Source of the DNA: Callorhinchus milii
Taxonomy: Eukaryota
Reading direction: 5' to 3'
Assembly: GCF_018977255.1 (NCBI RefSeq)
Contig: NW_024704743.1
Coordinates: 39,992,001 to 40,056,000 of the forward strand
Length of the DNA stretch: 64,000 nucleotides
Made by a program: the position numbers and the translations under genes. This document shows, one piece after another, positions 13,146 to 26,465 of this stretch. Under the pieces are notes generated by a model, which was not told where the DNA came from, did not search any database, and worked only from the letters and a program-made list of their open reading frames with translations. The first letter of the stretch is position 1. The number at the start of each line of letters is the position of its first letter.

Positions 13146-13784
13146 CATAGCCCATGGAATTCCTGATTCCTCTGTACAGAAGCTCACAATGTGAGAAAAG
13201 ATTATTCCTCATTCACTAAAAAATGAAGATGAATACCTTTTTCCAACACAATTCACAAAGTTAAAAGAATGTGATGGACTTACCCTGTGAACATTGAATT
13301 TCAATGTATTTCATTCTTAGCTCTGAGTTTAATTGCTAAAAATTGTCTCAAGTATGGTAAAATCACCAATTATTCTGGAAGTGAATCATCTGCTTAGATG
13401 AAATGCAAATTGACTGATGGAAGAATTAATTTTTTTTACTAAGTTTTGTGCCACAGACAATACTAAACTCATAATAAACCCCCACAATTTTTGCAAGTGC
13501 TTGTGTCAAACTTTTTTTATCTCCTACAAACCTGTGGCATAACTTACCCTATATAATTAAATTTACATTTATATAGCACCTTTAACATTGGGAGGACATC
13601 CCAAGTGCTTAACACAGCTGACTGGCAACCAAAGGGGGGGGGGGGGGGGTGGAGTGGTGTATGGTTGAAGAGCTAAGTCTTAAAGATGGGTTTTAGAGGT
13701 TGGAAGGGAGAGGTGTAAGGCAGAAGAACTCTGTGATGGAGTTCCAGATAATGGGGGCAGAATGGCTGAAGTCATACCAATGAT

Positions 13785-14221
13785 AAATCTTGCATTAATA
13801 TAGATTCTTATCACATCGATGCAATGTCTTAAAGAGCTTCACAGGATTTGTACTATGAAATGTGGTGAATTTGTATTTGTAGGTGAATGCAGCAGCCAAT
13901 TTGTGCAGAACAATGTCTACAACAGCTTGTGAAGTGAGTGACCAATTTTATTTGGTGAATTTGGTTCCAGGACACCGAACCAACCAAACTCCCTTCACTT
14001 TTCAAATGAGGCCACAGGATTTTTAATATCTGCCTGCCTGGATGACCAAATGGGAGCTTGGTTTAGTGTCTCTTAAGAAAACCAGCACCTCTGACAATGC
14101 AGAACACACCCAACGCTGCCCTGGAGTATTAGCTTAGACTGTGAGCTAAAAGATCTGACATACAACTTGGGCCCAGACCCTTCTGACTCAGATAGAGAAT
14201 GCTACCAATTGAGCCAGGCTG
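13785..14221 (-). mobile_element. DeuSINE-like element, family B
   Basis: Antisense full-length similarity to 12601-13145 and 37246-37627. Confidence 0.78.
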
Positions 14222-16332
14222 TTCCATTTCTTAAACCTGGGGACTATGATGAATGGCAGTGACCAAAGCACAATTCTCTTTTGCAAACGGTTCACCCTCA
14301 GATTTAATGGGAGAGCAGAAAGAGGGAGCAGGAGAGGAAGAGGGGGAGAAGAAAAGAACAAAAAGAAAATTTCAAAAAGAATGTTAGAAATAAAAAAAGG
14401 GATTTACACTTTATGATTTATTTTCCAACCAGAATTTGAATAAAGAAGCTTGACAAGGACCTACTGATGATTTTGATATCTTGAAACGCTAAATGCTTAA
14501 GGCACATTTGTCAAGCGCTGAAAAATAATGGGATCTCAACACTGACACAAAAAAGACTCATCACATCTGCTAACAGCCATATGTAACTGTCAACCTCTTG
14601 AGATTCATGAATCAGACATAGAACTCATGACTAATAGAAGATATATATTAACAAGAGAGGTTACAAAATAAAATCAGACAACAGTTCTGAATGTCTTTTG
14701 AGGTATAATTAAAGAAAATTTACATTTCCAAATTAATCCAACTAGCAAACCAAAGAGTTCAAATAGATTGTTTAACACAATGCTCAGCATTTGTGATGCA
14801 TGGTCCTTGATATTACATTGCCAGTCTCACTAATTGATCTACTCTCAACTTAGATAATGACTACTTGCTTCCTTGTCCACACTTACAAAACACTTCCCAG
14901 TTTTCAGATTATAAAGTGTCAAGTACCTGTACCTATTTTCTTCCTGTGTCTTCAGTGACAGACAAAACACCATTGTTTATGGAATAGTGTTAGAAGTAAG
15001 TACTGTTGAAGAAATACCCTATGACCAAATCAAGCAGGGCTAATTGAATCCTCTGGCTAGCGTGATCTAGCAACCTCACATTCTACAAATAATTAATAAT
15101 GGACTACTTAAGTACTTAATAATTAAGTAATAATGGACTACTCCACACTGGGAATTGAGATTTGGAAAGTTGATGGAACAACGTAACTGTAAATCAGGTC
15201 TTTGAATAAACGCGGCATCCTGAACTGTCCAGTACAGTGCAGACTCACTTTTCAATCCCACCTGGTGCTTTGAAGTGCATTTTCTATGTTGCTTGAATTT
15301 TGTTGCACTTACTAGTTTCCCAAAGTGCAAATTATGGACTGAGGGATGAACAGGGGAAGGTTTTCACTACACATTAGCTAGTCCCAATTGTTCTTAGTGT
15401 GTTTGGAACTTAACATTAGCTTGACTACCAATACACAGCTGCTACACTTTACAGCACATATTGTGAAGTGTTTTGAGACATTTCAATGCTGTGATAAAGC
15501 ACTAAGTCAAATTCAATGATAATTGTTATCCTCATTACTATTTAAAATGTGTAAGAATGAAGCTTTTAACAGTGACTTTAGCATTGTTTAAGGAATTCAA
15601 ATAAAAAAAGGTCATCAGTAGAATAAAGAGCAGCTATAAATCTGTGAGTGCCAGTAAGAAGGCCAATATCTTTGCAGTGCCAATTTGATTCTAAGTTGTT
15701 AGGGATCTACCTTCAATGTTACTGAGGAATTTGTTATCAATCTGAAATGAATTGTAAGGAAGCAAACAATAAGTTTTGATTTCTGCAAGCGTTTCTGTTT
15801 TTGTTTTTTTCATCCTCTTTGAGATTTTTGAACACTCTATATGCTACATCAAATGCAATAACAGTAGCATCAACAATGAATACTTATAATAATAATAATC
15901 CTTGCATTTGATATAGCGTGGAATTCGATTTGGAGTAATTAGCTCCAGTGAAGGAGATGGTGGAAAAACAAGCTCAATGTATCAAATGGCTATGATGCAA
16001 ACATGCTAGGATTTATTGGAGTGAAAATGTGACGTTTGATAATAAATTGAAGTAAAATTATCACATGAGATCTGTTGAACAAAAGAATTCCGATCAATAA
16101 TAATTGATTTTGCACATTTGTAAATAAAAATAACAATTATTCCTAAACCACTAGAGATACTGGAATTGAAAAGGTGCTCCTCAGGAAAGAGGTAGTGTTA
16201 ATGGTGCTAGCATTTGGAGAAACACTTTTTGATGTAAATAAACTCACAAGCATGTGTATCAGGGAAACCCATGAGACTTCACCACTGAGACAAGCTCAGG
16301 ACAAAACCAATGTTTTGAGCCAAGTCTCATGT

Positions 16333-16680
16333 CATAGAATCATAGAATCTTACAGCACAGCAGGTGGCCACTCTTTGAAAGAGCTATCAACAAGTTCCAC
16401 TCCTGGCTTTTACCCATAGCCTGCAATGTTTCCTTTTCAAGTATCTATCCAATTCCCTTTGGAAAGCTACTATCAAATCGGCTTCCACCACCTTTTCAGG
16501 CAATGTATTCCAGATCATAACAAATCTCTGTGTAAAAAAATTCTCAATGTCTCCTATTTGGTTCTTTTGCCAATTATCTAAAATCTGTGTCCTCTGGTTA
16601 ACTTACAACCCACTAGAGATTACAGTTTCTCCTTATTTACTGTATCAAAACCCCTCATAATTTTGAATACCTTGATTAAA
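16333..16680 (-). mobile_element. CR1-clade LINE 3' fragment
   Basis: catagaatcatagaat tail and antisense similarity to the 46.3-46.7 kb copy. Confidence 0.78.
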
Positions 16681-17744
16681 TTTATTTGTTTAATAGGCAA
16701 ATACTCCTATTAATTAATTGGAGTTTGCTTGCTGAAGATATCGTCTACACACAAAGTGTTTTTTTATTTCTGGAGACAGATATAAGTAGCACTGCCGCTT
16801 TGCTAAGAGGAAGTATTTCAACCTCATTATCATTTTCCATCTAAGCATCCCTGAACTGTCCAAACACATGCACACACAGAGAGACACACTACAATTACAA
16901 ATAAACTGGTAGAGATATAATTAATCTTTATCTTGCAGGTATTACAGCGCTTATAGTACAATGACAAATCATTTTTGTGCAAATTATGCATAATTTAAAA
17001 TACCATCTTCTATCAAATGAGTCACTAAACTAAAACCTTAAAGGAGCTTTGTACATTAATGTCTCTTATCTTGCTTACAAACCTAGAAATTTTTAGCTCC
17101 ATAATTGAGCCATACATTCAGGTGAGGTCAAAATATTTTGCCCACATTAAAATGTTTTTGATGGTTTTGCAGCATGAAGAATGTTGTTGTGGAGATGCAT
17201 TGAGGCAAATGATAAACACTGTTTTTCAATACATAGATTCAGAAAAACAACCGCACACTTCTCTTTATGTATTGCTCTGTATTTGTAAACCTGTCAGAAA
17301 CTGCAACAACATTGAGACAAGCTTGTCTGAAACATCCCTTTGCTCAGGTATAAAATATTACCAAATGTTGATTTTGCAGAATTTTCCATCAATTTTGCAC
17401 ATTTCAATCTATTTATTTAAATATAATAATTTTGTATAATAATAATCTTTGTATTTGATATAGTACTTTCATTTCAGGAGGACATATCAAAGTGCTTCAT
17501 GGGATTTACTTTAAAGTGTCACGATTGTATTAGGTAGACAAACAGAGTCAATTTGTACACAGCAATGTTCCACAAACAGCCATGAAGTAAATGACCAAAT
17601 TTGTCACAAAGATTGTTGGCCTTTTAGAAATTCCTTTCTCTATTTGAATAGTGTCATGGTATCTTTAATATCTATCTAAAACAGCGAAACAAACTTTAAT
17701 TACCAAGCAGAAATATGAAGTAGGGGGGCAAACTTGCAAATGAT

Positions 17745-17875
17745 GAAATACTGCAGATGCTAGAAATGTGAATTAAAAACAGAAGTCACTGGGAACCCTC
17801 AGCAGGTCAGGCCTCATCTATGGAAAGATGAAAGTGAGTTAACGTTTCAGGTTGATGATCTTTCTTCAGAACTGG
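17745..17875. mobile_element. Possible terminal-repeat remnant of a Penelope-like element
   Basis: actgcagatgctagaaatgtgaattaaaaacagaa...ctcagcaggtcaggc...gagttaacgtttcaggttgatga resembles an abundant shark repeat end as I recall it; no coding support. Confidence 0.45.
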
Positions 17876-18706
17876 GGTATGTTGGAAGGGAGCATTTTAT
17901 AGGGCCAAACAGAGAAGGAGTTGGGGAAAGAAAAGGTGGAAAATTAGGTGGAGGACAGGAGATGATGAGATCAGATGTGTTGATTGTGCAAAACAAAAGA
18001 AAATTTGCAATGCATCAGAATCAGTTGCTATATCAAATTATTAATCCTTATGTAGAAAACTATTGGGATAATGGAGAGGCATCTGATGGGCTCGTACTCT
18101 ATTGTGTGATGTGGACCACACTGGAATCCTCCAGAGATTTGCCAGAATGAAACTGGCAAGAGGAGAATGAAAAGGTCAATACATTTACCGATCTTGGCAG
18201 TGTGTGTTTATGATGGGAAAATCCCGAGTATGTTACCCATGTGGAAATAACCTTGAGGTGATTTACCAGAGAGAATATGAAAATAATCAAAGATTCATGA
18301 TTCATACCAGCCACAGATCAACTCCTGCAGCCAGATTCAAGAGCAGTGTTGCAAAGCCGTGGGGAACAGATTGCCCAAAGAACATTGTCAAAATAACATT
18401 GGCAGCACAGTTAATTATTTTACATAGCGCTCTTAAACCTTGAACGGAATAGTAAATGAAGATCAGTCTCTTTGGGGACAGTAGTTTTCATTCCTGCCTG
18501 TTAATTAACATCAATGCACAACAGAACAGCAGGCTGAAATGCGAACCACAAATTATATACAGTCTGTCCAAACAAATGCTGAATAGACCTTCCATTCATT
18601 AGATAAATCCATACCAAAGGCTACAAAAACACATTGATGTACATTTTGCAGTGATCCTGAACATATTGCGTTCATTATTTAAAGAATGACACTAAAATGT
18701 ATTTTA

Positions 18707-21549
18707 ATTCAAGACCTCATCGTTGATGAACACATCGACATCCTTGCCCTCACTGAAACCTGGATCACTCCAGGTGACACCTTCCCCCTGACTGAGGCCA
18801 CACCACCCAGCTACACCTTCCATCACACCCCTCGACCTAACCGCCGTGGTAGTGGTGTGGATCTCATCTCCTGGTCCCCGCTTGGCCTATCCCTTTCCTC
18901 CTCTGGAACCTTCCCCTCCTTTGAGCACCTTACCCTCTATCACCCCTCCAACCTTTCCCTCAAAATTCTCCTTATCTACTGCCCCCCCGCCCAAGGCCTC
19001 ATCCCTGACATCTCCAACCTCCTATCTTCCCTCTCCTTTGCTATGAACGCCTACTCATCCTAGGAGATTTCAACCTTCACTTCACCCCATCCTGCTCTGC
19101 CTCTGCTGACATTTCCTCCCTTATCTCCTCCCTCAATCTCTCCCTCCACATCCACTCCGTCACCCTTGTCCGAAGTCACCCCTTCGACCTAGTGATCACT
19201 CAGGGCCTCACCATCTCGGACCTCTCCATCATTGACAAAGCGATCTCGGACCATCACTTCATCTCCCTTAACTCCTCAATCCCTCTTCCCATCGCCATCC
19301 AACCAACCTCCATCTCATACCGCCCCTGGAAAAAAATCTCCCCACCCTCCCTCTCGGTTGCCTTGGAGTCATCTGAACTCCTTCCCTTTGGGCTTCCCAC
19401 TGCAATGACCTATCCTCTTCGGTCACTCTTCTCCACAGCTTCCTCACCTCCACTCTCAATTCCCTCACTCCCCTCTCTTCCCGAACCATCTCCTATTCAC
19501 CCAAATCACCCTGGTACACCAGCCACCCCACTCCCTTAAAGCCCAAGCGCATTCCATTGAGCGCACCTGGCTTAAATCAAACCTAACTAGCCATCGGCAG
19601 ATTTGGCTGGACCATGTCAAATCCCACCGCTCTGCTCTCACCTCCGCCAAATCATTGTTCTACTCCAAGACAATCTTGGAGGCTAAGGACTACCCATTAC
19701 AAACCGACTCCCCCGTCCACCCTCTCACGCCTCACCCATCCTCAACTCAAATGCCAACTACGAGGCAATGCTGGACTTCCTCGAATACAAAGTCGAGGGA
19801 ATCCGCTCAGCTGCCTCTGCAACTGCTACCACCTCCCTATCTCCTCCTCACACCCTAGCCCCTACCCACCCCTCCCTCCACACCTTTGAACCCGTCTCCC
19901 CCTCCTCCCTCATCACCACCATAACCCATATGAAACCCACCACCTGCTCCCTCGACTCCAACCCTACCCCACTCCTTACCTCCCAGCTCTACTCCTTGAC
20001 CCTCTACTCACTGACATTGTTAACCTCTCCCTGTCCTCTGGTACTGTTCCCAAACATTTAAAACTGCTGTCATCATTCCTATCTTAGAAAACTCTCCCTG
20101 GACCCATCTTTAACTACTGCCCCATCTCGAACCTCCCCTTCCTCTCCAAAGTCGTGGAACGTGTTGTTGCTTCTCAGCTTCGCTCCTTCCTCTCCCGCCA
20201 CTCCCTTCTCGAACCCCTCCAATCGGGCTTCCATGCCGCCCACAGCACAGAAACAGCCCTGGTCAAAGTGACAAATGACATTCTGTCCATCTGCTACCAA
20301 GACTCCCTCTGCCTCCTCGTCCTCCTTGACCTCTCTGCTGCCTTCAACACCATCGACTACTCTATCCTCATCCACCGCCTCTCTTCTCATCTCAACATCC
20401 ACAGCGCTGTCCTTGATTGGTTCAGATGGTACCTCTAACACCACCTGCGCTTCATCTCCTCAAACGGCTTCTCCGCTAGTCCCCGGACCCTCTCGTACGG
20501 CGTTCCTCAGGGCTCTGTCCTTGGTCCCCTCCTCTTCAATATCTATATGCTCCCTTTTGGTGACATGATCCGCAGATATGGGGTCAACTTCCACATGTAT
20601 GCAGATGACACTCAACTCTACCTCTCTGCCTCCACTCTTGACTCCAGCACCACTGCTGTCCTGACAGAATGTCTGTCAGACATCAAGTTCTGGATGAGAG
20701 CTAAATTTCTTGAGTTGAACGTTAATAAGACCGAGGCTCTCCTGATTGGCTCCGGTCAATGCCTCCTCACCTCAGGCGCTGACAGCATCACCATCCATGG
20801 TTACACACTCCACCTTACCAAGCCAGTCCGGAACCTTGGGGTCTTGTTTGACCCTCAACTATCCTTTCTACCCCACATCTACCCATGACCCACTCTGCCT
20901 TCCCGCAACTCCGCAACGTCGCCCAGCTCCGCCACTGTCTCACAACGCAGGCCGCCGAAACCCTCAGACACGCCTTCATTACATCGAGGCTCGACTATGC
21001 AAACTCACTGCTTGTCGGCCTTCCCAACTCCTCCTCCACAGGCTACTGCCGTGTCCTCTCCCGCTCTAGGCTCCGCGACCCTATCACCCCCATCCTTGCC
21101 CAACTCGACTGGCTTCCCATCACACAGAGGATACAGTTCAAGATCCTGGTCCTCACCTTCAAAGCCCAACACGTCTTGGTCACCCCTACCTCTCCGACTT
21201 GCTAACCTCCTCTCGCTCCCCCTGTTCACTCCCTCCACTCAGTGGGTTCTGGCCTGCTTCATGTCCCCCGCCTTGCTCGCCCCGCTGTCGGTGGGCGTGC
21301 CTTCTGCCACTCTGCACCCATCCTCTGGAACTCCATGCCGCAGTCCCTCTGTCTCGCCCCCTCCCTCGCCATCTTCAAGACCCACCTCAAGACTCTCCTC
21401 TTTGACCGTATTTTTGAACTCCCTGCTTCCCCCCATGCCCTCCCGCCTCCCCAACCCTCAGCTCGCGTCCGTAACTCTGTCTGTCCAGCGCCTTGGGACA
21501 TCCTCCCGACGTGAAAGGCGCTAAAAAGTAATTTGTTGTCGTTGTTGTT
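18707..21549 (+). mobile_element. 5'-truncated, frameshifted L2-clade LINE covering most of ORF2 (APE endonuclease + reverse transcriptase) and the 3' tail
   Basis: Endonuclease motifs IDILALTETW and ISDH; RT motifs LQSGF..HSTETAL, LLDLSAAF and MYADDTQLY (YADD at 20598-20609); C-terminal ITSRLDYANSLL and APILWNSMP. Ends in a stem-loop and a TTG-repeat tail. Multiple stops and frameshifts. Confidence 0.93.
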
Positions 21550-21819
21550 TAAAATTTCCTACAACCTTTGAATAATGGTACTTACAGTGTCAAAAACGTA
21601 TTAAAGAGTCCAGGCACTGTTATCTTGGATTTGGGTTTAGAAAGGAATTATTTTCAAGATTCAAAGGTGGCCTTTCTGGCTTATTCAGAGTATATTCAGT
21701 CTTAATCGTATCCCGTGGCCCAGAGAGATGAGTTTTACACACTTTCAAAAGTTAACCAAACCCTTGGAAATCCTTGGGTTCAGTTCAGCTGAATGAATAA
21801 AATAGAATAGAACGGATCA

Positions 21820-22140
21820 ACAACAAAAATAAATACATTTGTAGAGCGTCTTTCACGTTGGGAGGACGTCCCAAGACGCTGAATACTCAGGGATCAGGAC
21901 CCAAGCGTGGGAGGACAGGGTTGGGATGAGGGAGGGCTTAGAGGTATGAGGGTGGCTAAAAGCACGGTCGAAAAGGAGGGGTCTTGAGTCATACCTTGAA
22001 GGAGGCAAGAAAGGGAGCAAGGTGAAGGGATTGTGGGATGGAATTCCAAAGGATGGGGGGAGAGAGGCTGAAAGCCTGGCCACCAATGGTAGGGCGGGTC
22101 AAGGGGAGACATGGAGCCAGAGAATGCTGACTGGAGAGAG
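21820..22140 (-). mobile_element. L2 LINE 3' fragment
   Basis: Reverse-complement tail (agcgtctttcacgttgggaggacgtcccaagacgct) and LFDRAF-like coding remnant. Confidence 0.8.
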
Positions 22141-22154
22141 AGGACAGGTTGGTA

Positions 22155-22680
22155 CAACAACAAGTTGCACTTTTATAGCGCTCTCCACACAGGGTAGCAT
22201 CTCAGAGCACTTAACAGTGGCAGAGCCTAACTTTGTGCCAGTGGAGGGAGCAGGTGGCTGTAAGCACGGTTGTACAGGAAGGTCTTCAGGCGGGACTTGA
22301 AATAGGGGAGAGATGAGCAAGGAGGAGGAATTGAGGGACAGTTTTCTAGAGCTTCAGGGCATAGTGGCTGAAAGTGCAACCTCCGATGGTGGGGCGGAGG
22401 GTGTGAGGGATAAGCAGGAGGCCGGTACCAGTAGAGTGGAGGTGCCGGGTTGGGGATTGAGGGGGTCAGAGAGGTAGGGAGGTGCCAGAGAGTGAAGGGA
22501 TTTGAACACGTGTGAGGATCTTTAATTTGATCCGTTTGGTGCTGGGGAGCCAGTGGAGCCTGGCCAGAACTGGTGAGATGTGGGTACGGAGTTTCATCTG
22601 GTTAAGTATGTGGGCAGCAGAGTTCTAAATGAACTGGATCTTTGAATAGTGGAGCTGGGAAGACCCACAAGGAGTGCATT
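22155..22680 (-). mobile_element. L2 LINE 3' fragment, diverged subfamily
   Basis: CAA tail, atagcgctctccacacagggtagcatctcagagcact stem-loop variant, and purine-rich antisense ORF2 C-terminal remnant. Confidence 0.75.
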
Positions 22681-22684
22681 TGGT

Positions 22685-23075
22685 AGGGGTTAGCAGGTCA
22701 GAGAGGTAGGATGGGGCAACGCCATGGAGAGCCTTGAAAATGAGTACGAGGATTTTGAAATCTATTCTCTGAGAGATGGGGAGCCAGTGGAGCCAGGCTA
22801 GTGTGGGAGTGATGGGGTCACCGAGCCTGGTGCGAGAGAGGACACAAGCTGCAGAGTTCTGGATGATCTTCAGCTTTTGGATGGAATAGTTGGGGAGGAC
22901 GATAAGGAGTGAGTTTCCGTAGTCGAGCCTTGAGGTGAAGAATACGTGTATGAAAGTTTTGGTGGCCTGAGGGATGAGGCAGTGGTGGAGTCGAGCAATG
23001 TTGTGGAGGTGGGGGAGGTCATGGCACGGATATGGGGGAGAATGGACAGTTGAGGGTCGAACAAGACGCCCAGAT
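22685..23075 (-). mobile_element. L2 LINE ORF2 fragment
   Basis: LGVLFDPQLS motif in the ORF track; antisense similarity to 20835-21210. Confidence 0.8.
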
Positions 23076-23201
23076 GTAAAAAAAACTGTTGCACTAGATT
23101 ATTTAAAAAGACTTGAGATCACTCCAGGATAATTTTAGTTAATGACTGGAATAGGTTGCTAGGAACAATGGTTGAGGCCAGGACTCTGGACTCATTTAAA
23201 A

Positions 23202-23437
23202 GTAAAATGATGAGTGAACACAACAAGAAAAGCCTTGATGTTCTGTAAATCATTGATCCTATTTCCCTCAGGGTCCTCAAGCACTGTTTAAGCATTGTAT
23301 CCAAACGAAAGGTCACAACTTGTGGCATTTAGGTTATTACTCTGCTAAGATTGTTCATTGTCATTAGATGGAGTAAGTCAACCACAATAATGAAAATGAC
23401 CCAGATTAATATACTTTATTGATAATTACGATGAAAG
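23202..23437 (+). repeat. 236-nt direct duplicate of 24096-24331
   Basis: Ungapped at a constant offset of 894 nt, with 6 mismatches counted by eye. Confidence 0.95.
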
Positions 23438-26345
23438 ATATTTAAAAAGCAGTTTGATGTTTTGATGAGAGGACGGTAGAGGGGATGAGATCAAATAGGC
23501 CGAAAGGCCTTCTTCATCGAAAACAATCTTGGTGAATGGCAGCTTCTATAGCTACCATACTTCCATGTTTACATTATGATTGTGGCAGAGAAAATAATCT
23601 TCCATAAGACTGAATACAATCAGGAAGTGAAACTACAATAAATCATTGTAGTCAGCAAGTCAGTTACTGGCAACAACAACCAACAATAAACTAACAGTAA
23701 TAATAACTAGCAGCGATGAGTGACTTATTACCCGTTTGCCATTTATGTCAGGATGCTGATTGCAATAATGTGAAGGAGATAAAGGATTGCATGTGATAAA
23801 GTTTTGCCCTACAAATTCTCCAGTTAACAACAATGGAAATATAATTTTACATTTTCTGCACCAATGCACATTTTAATTAAAGCTTCTCCTAAACTCATTA
23901 AAAGGCCTTCATAAAGGTGTTAAATGATACATAATATGTTGGGAGGATTAAAATACGAACTCGGGAAATCATTATCCATTTGTCTGCAAGGCAATATGCC
24001 CCATTTAAGAGTTAGCATTGTCTGAATTAATCCAGCACAAGTTAAAAATATTATAGTCCTTTGAATTCAAGAATGGGTTTGGTGAAGTTTATGAAGTGAA
24101 ATGATGAGTGAACACAACAAGAAAAGCCTTGATGTTCTGTAAATCATTGATCCTATTTCCTTCAGGGTCCTCAAGCACTGTTTAAGCATTGTATCCAAAT
24201 GAAAGGTCACAACTTGTGGCATTTAGGTTATTACTCTGCTAAGAACGTTCATTGTCATTAGATGGAGTAAGTCAACCACAATAATGAAAATGACCCAGAT
24301 TAATATACTTTATTGATAATTAAGATGAAAGTTATAATTGTATAGACAAGTATGCAATTCACTGATGCTTTTCTAGTGATTAAATGCTAAATCAGATAAA
24401 ACAAAGATTTCAGGCTAAATTAGAGTTCAAAACAATACTTCAATGAAAATTTGCAGCATGAATGACAGGGAAAGTGCCTCTGAATGGAAAATGAGTCCTA
24501 TGGAGAGATGCCCCAGGACATGATAGTGACTGGGAAAACTCGCCATTGAGGTGATTTGGGATCCTTGGAGAGTTTTCACGGGTCATTGAGATGTACATGG
24601 AGTTTCATGAAGGAGTCAGATTTATGTCCGAAGTACTTTTCCAGTCACTGGTATTAATTCCAACCACAATATTAACTTACATTTGTTTAGCGCCCTTCAT
24701 GTAGGATATTGTCTCAACATTTTTTACAGGGCTAGGGTGAGAGGGGGCTAGCCATAGGCATGTTCACAAGATTGATCTGGATGAAGAAAGCTCTTCTCCA
24801 TCAATTATCAACTCTCCAGAACACACATCCTACCATTCCATCAAACTGCTTTTTAAATAAGTCTACCACCTGTCCCTAGCAACCAATGTGAAAGTTGCTA
24901 TATAAATTTAAATTTGTATTGTACTGTATTCCAGTAGGAAATGTTCTTGAAAGGGAAAATGCTGTGTAATAACAAATATGTACACCCTCTAGCACCTCCT
25001 TAACTCTTCGACCTTCTCCTATCCCACTCCTCCGCTTACCTCTCTGCTCAGATAACTAAGATTTGCTGTACATCTCTTGCCCGCTCCACGCCACCTTTAG
25101 TGGCCGTGCCTTAAATTCATACGCTCCCAACTGCTGCAACCCCCGGTCTTTATTTATCCATCTCGTCCCCACTTTATCCATCTTTAAGTCGCACCTCAAA
25201 TCTGACCTCTTCAAATTTCCTTCAGAAATTGTGGTCACTGGGTATCAAGTGCAGTAATACTTTTGCTTGGGTTGAACACAGTTCCCAAAATGCTGAGAAC
25301 AGGAGCTAAACACCTCATATGAATTTCATATATTATTTAATGATCATTATTCTAGTTTACTTACTCCATGTCACACATCTTAACTGATCCATGTGCTGTG
25401 GTATTACTGAATTTGTACCCTGTGATTGTTGCTCCACTTCACTGAAAAGAGTTCTCTCAATATGAAACATCCAGGTCTTCACCATTCCCCTCGGGTATTG
25501 TTATTCCACTGGTGTTTTGACAATAATTTAAATAATAAATCTTTGGAGCTGGGAGACTGAAGGTTCACAATCACCTCCTTGTGAAGGATCTACTGAATTC
25601 TATGCCTTCAGAATTTTTATTGAACAGAGCAAACAACAGAATCCATATTACTTTTTAAAGGGGAACTCGATCAATATCTAAACATGAGAAAATGACAAGG
25701 GTATGGGAAAGGACAGGTAAATTGGACTGAAAGGATTACCTTTTAAAAGAGCCAGCACAGACACAATAGGCCAAATGGCCTTCTTGTGTGCTGTAAAGTT
25801 CTATGATTATAACAGCAAAACACAAGGTTACTAGAGCAGTATATACACCATAAAGTATATATTCCATAAAATTATTGATTTTTACCAAATCTAAACCAGA
25901 TCACAATTTGTAATTTTTTTCTTTATAGACAGTTCGACCTCTAAAACTTTAGTTGCACCTCTTAGTTGTAGTGTTAATTCCAATGCTTTGGGAAGTACTG
26001 AAGCCCTCAAACAGAGGTATGAATCTAAATTGAATCTCACACCTCACGAAAATTGACTTTGGTAATGGGATTGTTGCAGGAACCTCATGGATTCCTGGAA
26101 TATTCACCATGTGATGATATCATTGAAAAGAACAGACTGACCCAAAATTGGTATATCTCCAAACCAGGTCAAACATTGTATTATCATGAATCAATTGGTC
26201 ATTGTGAATGTGATGCAAAATTGTTCATCTATTACTTCTGTTTCCTAAATACAATGATGGAACTTTTGTGCTTCTTGCATAATACTTAGGGTGGGTGTTG
26301 GGGGGTGGGGGGATTCACAAAAATAGCACAAAATTTGCCTTTTAC

Positions 26346-26465
26346 CTGTTTTGGGATCCACAGAGAAGTAGGGCTGTCCATGCAGGATACTGTACACCAC
26401 CCTGGCACTGTTTCCATATGTGGGGTCATCAGCATCTGTAGCTGTCACCTGCAGCACAGAAGTAC
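26346..26465 (-). CDS. CDH18: CDH18-like third coding exon (EC2), 120 nt
   Basis: (G)[39 protein letters not shown](G), with the ATDADD motif. Acceptor TACAG|GTA, donor ACAG|GTAAAA, phase 1-1, matching the previous exon. Confidence 0.96.

Noticed and set aside
13634..13649. G16 homopolymer as a G-quadruplex element
   Set aside because: Lies in the variable purine-rich part of a decayed antisense L2 tail; homopolymer length is also error-prone.
18686..21524. Reverse transcriptase ORFs as a novel or active RT system (retron/DGR-like or domesticated gene)
   Set aside because: An ordinary L2 ORF2 broken by many frameshifts, stops and deletions, in a vertebrate intron.
23202..24331. Direct repeats as LTRs of a small LTR element
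   Set aside because: No TG...CA ends, primer-binding site or polypurine tract; the duplication flanks only the left copy, which sits inside a CR1 tail.
1..26345. Next CDH18 exon (expected ~168 nt, GVIRTAL..MDRE..DVNDNPP type)
   Set aside because: No matching peptide in the ORF track or by eye. It is probably left of the window, though a 56-codon exon could escape the ORF track and my scan.
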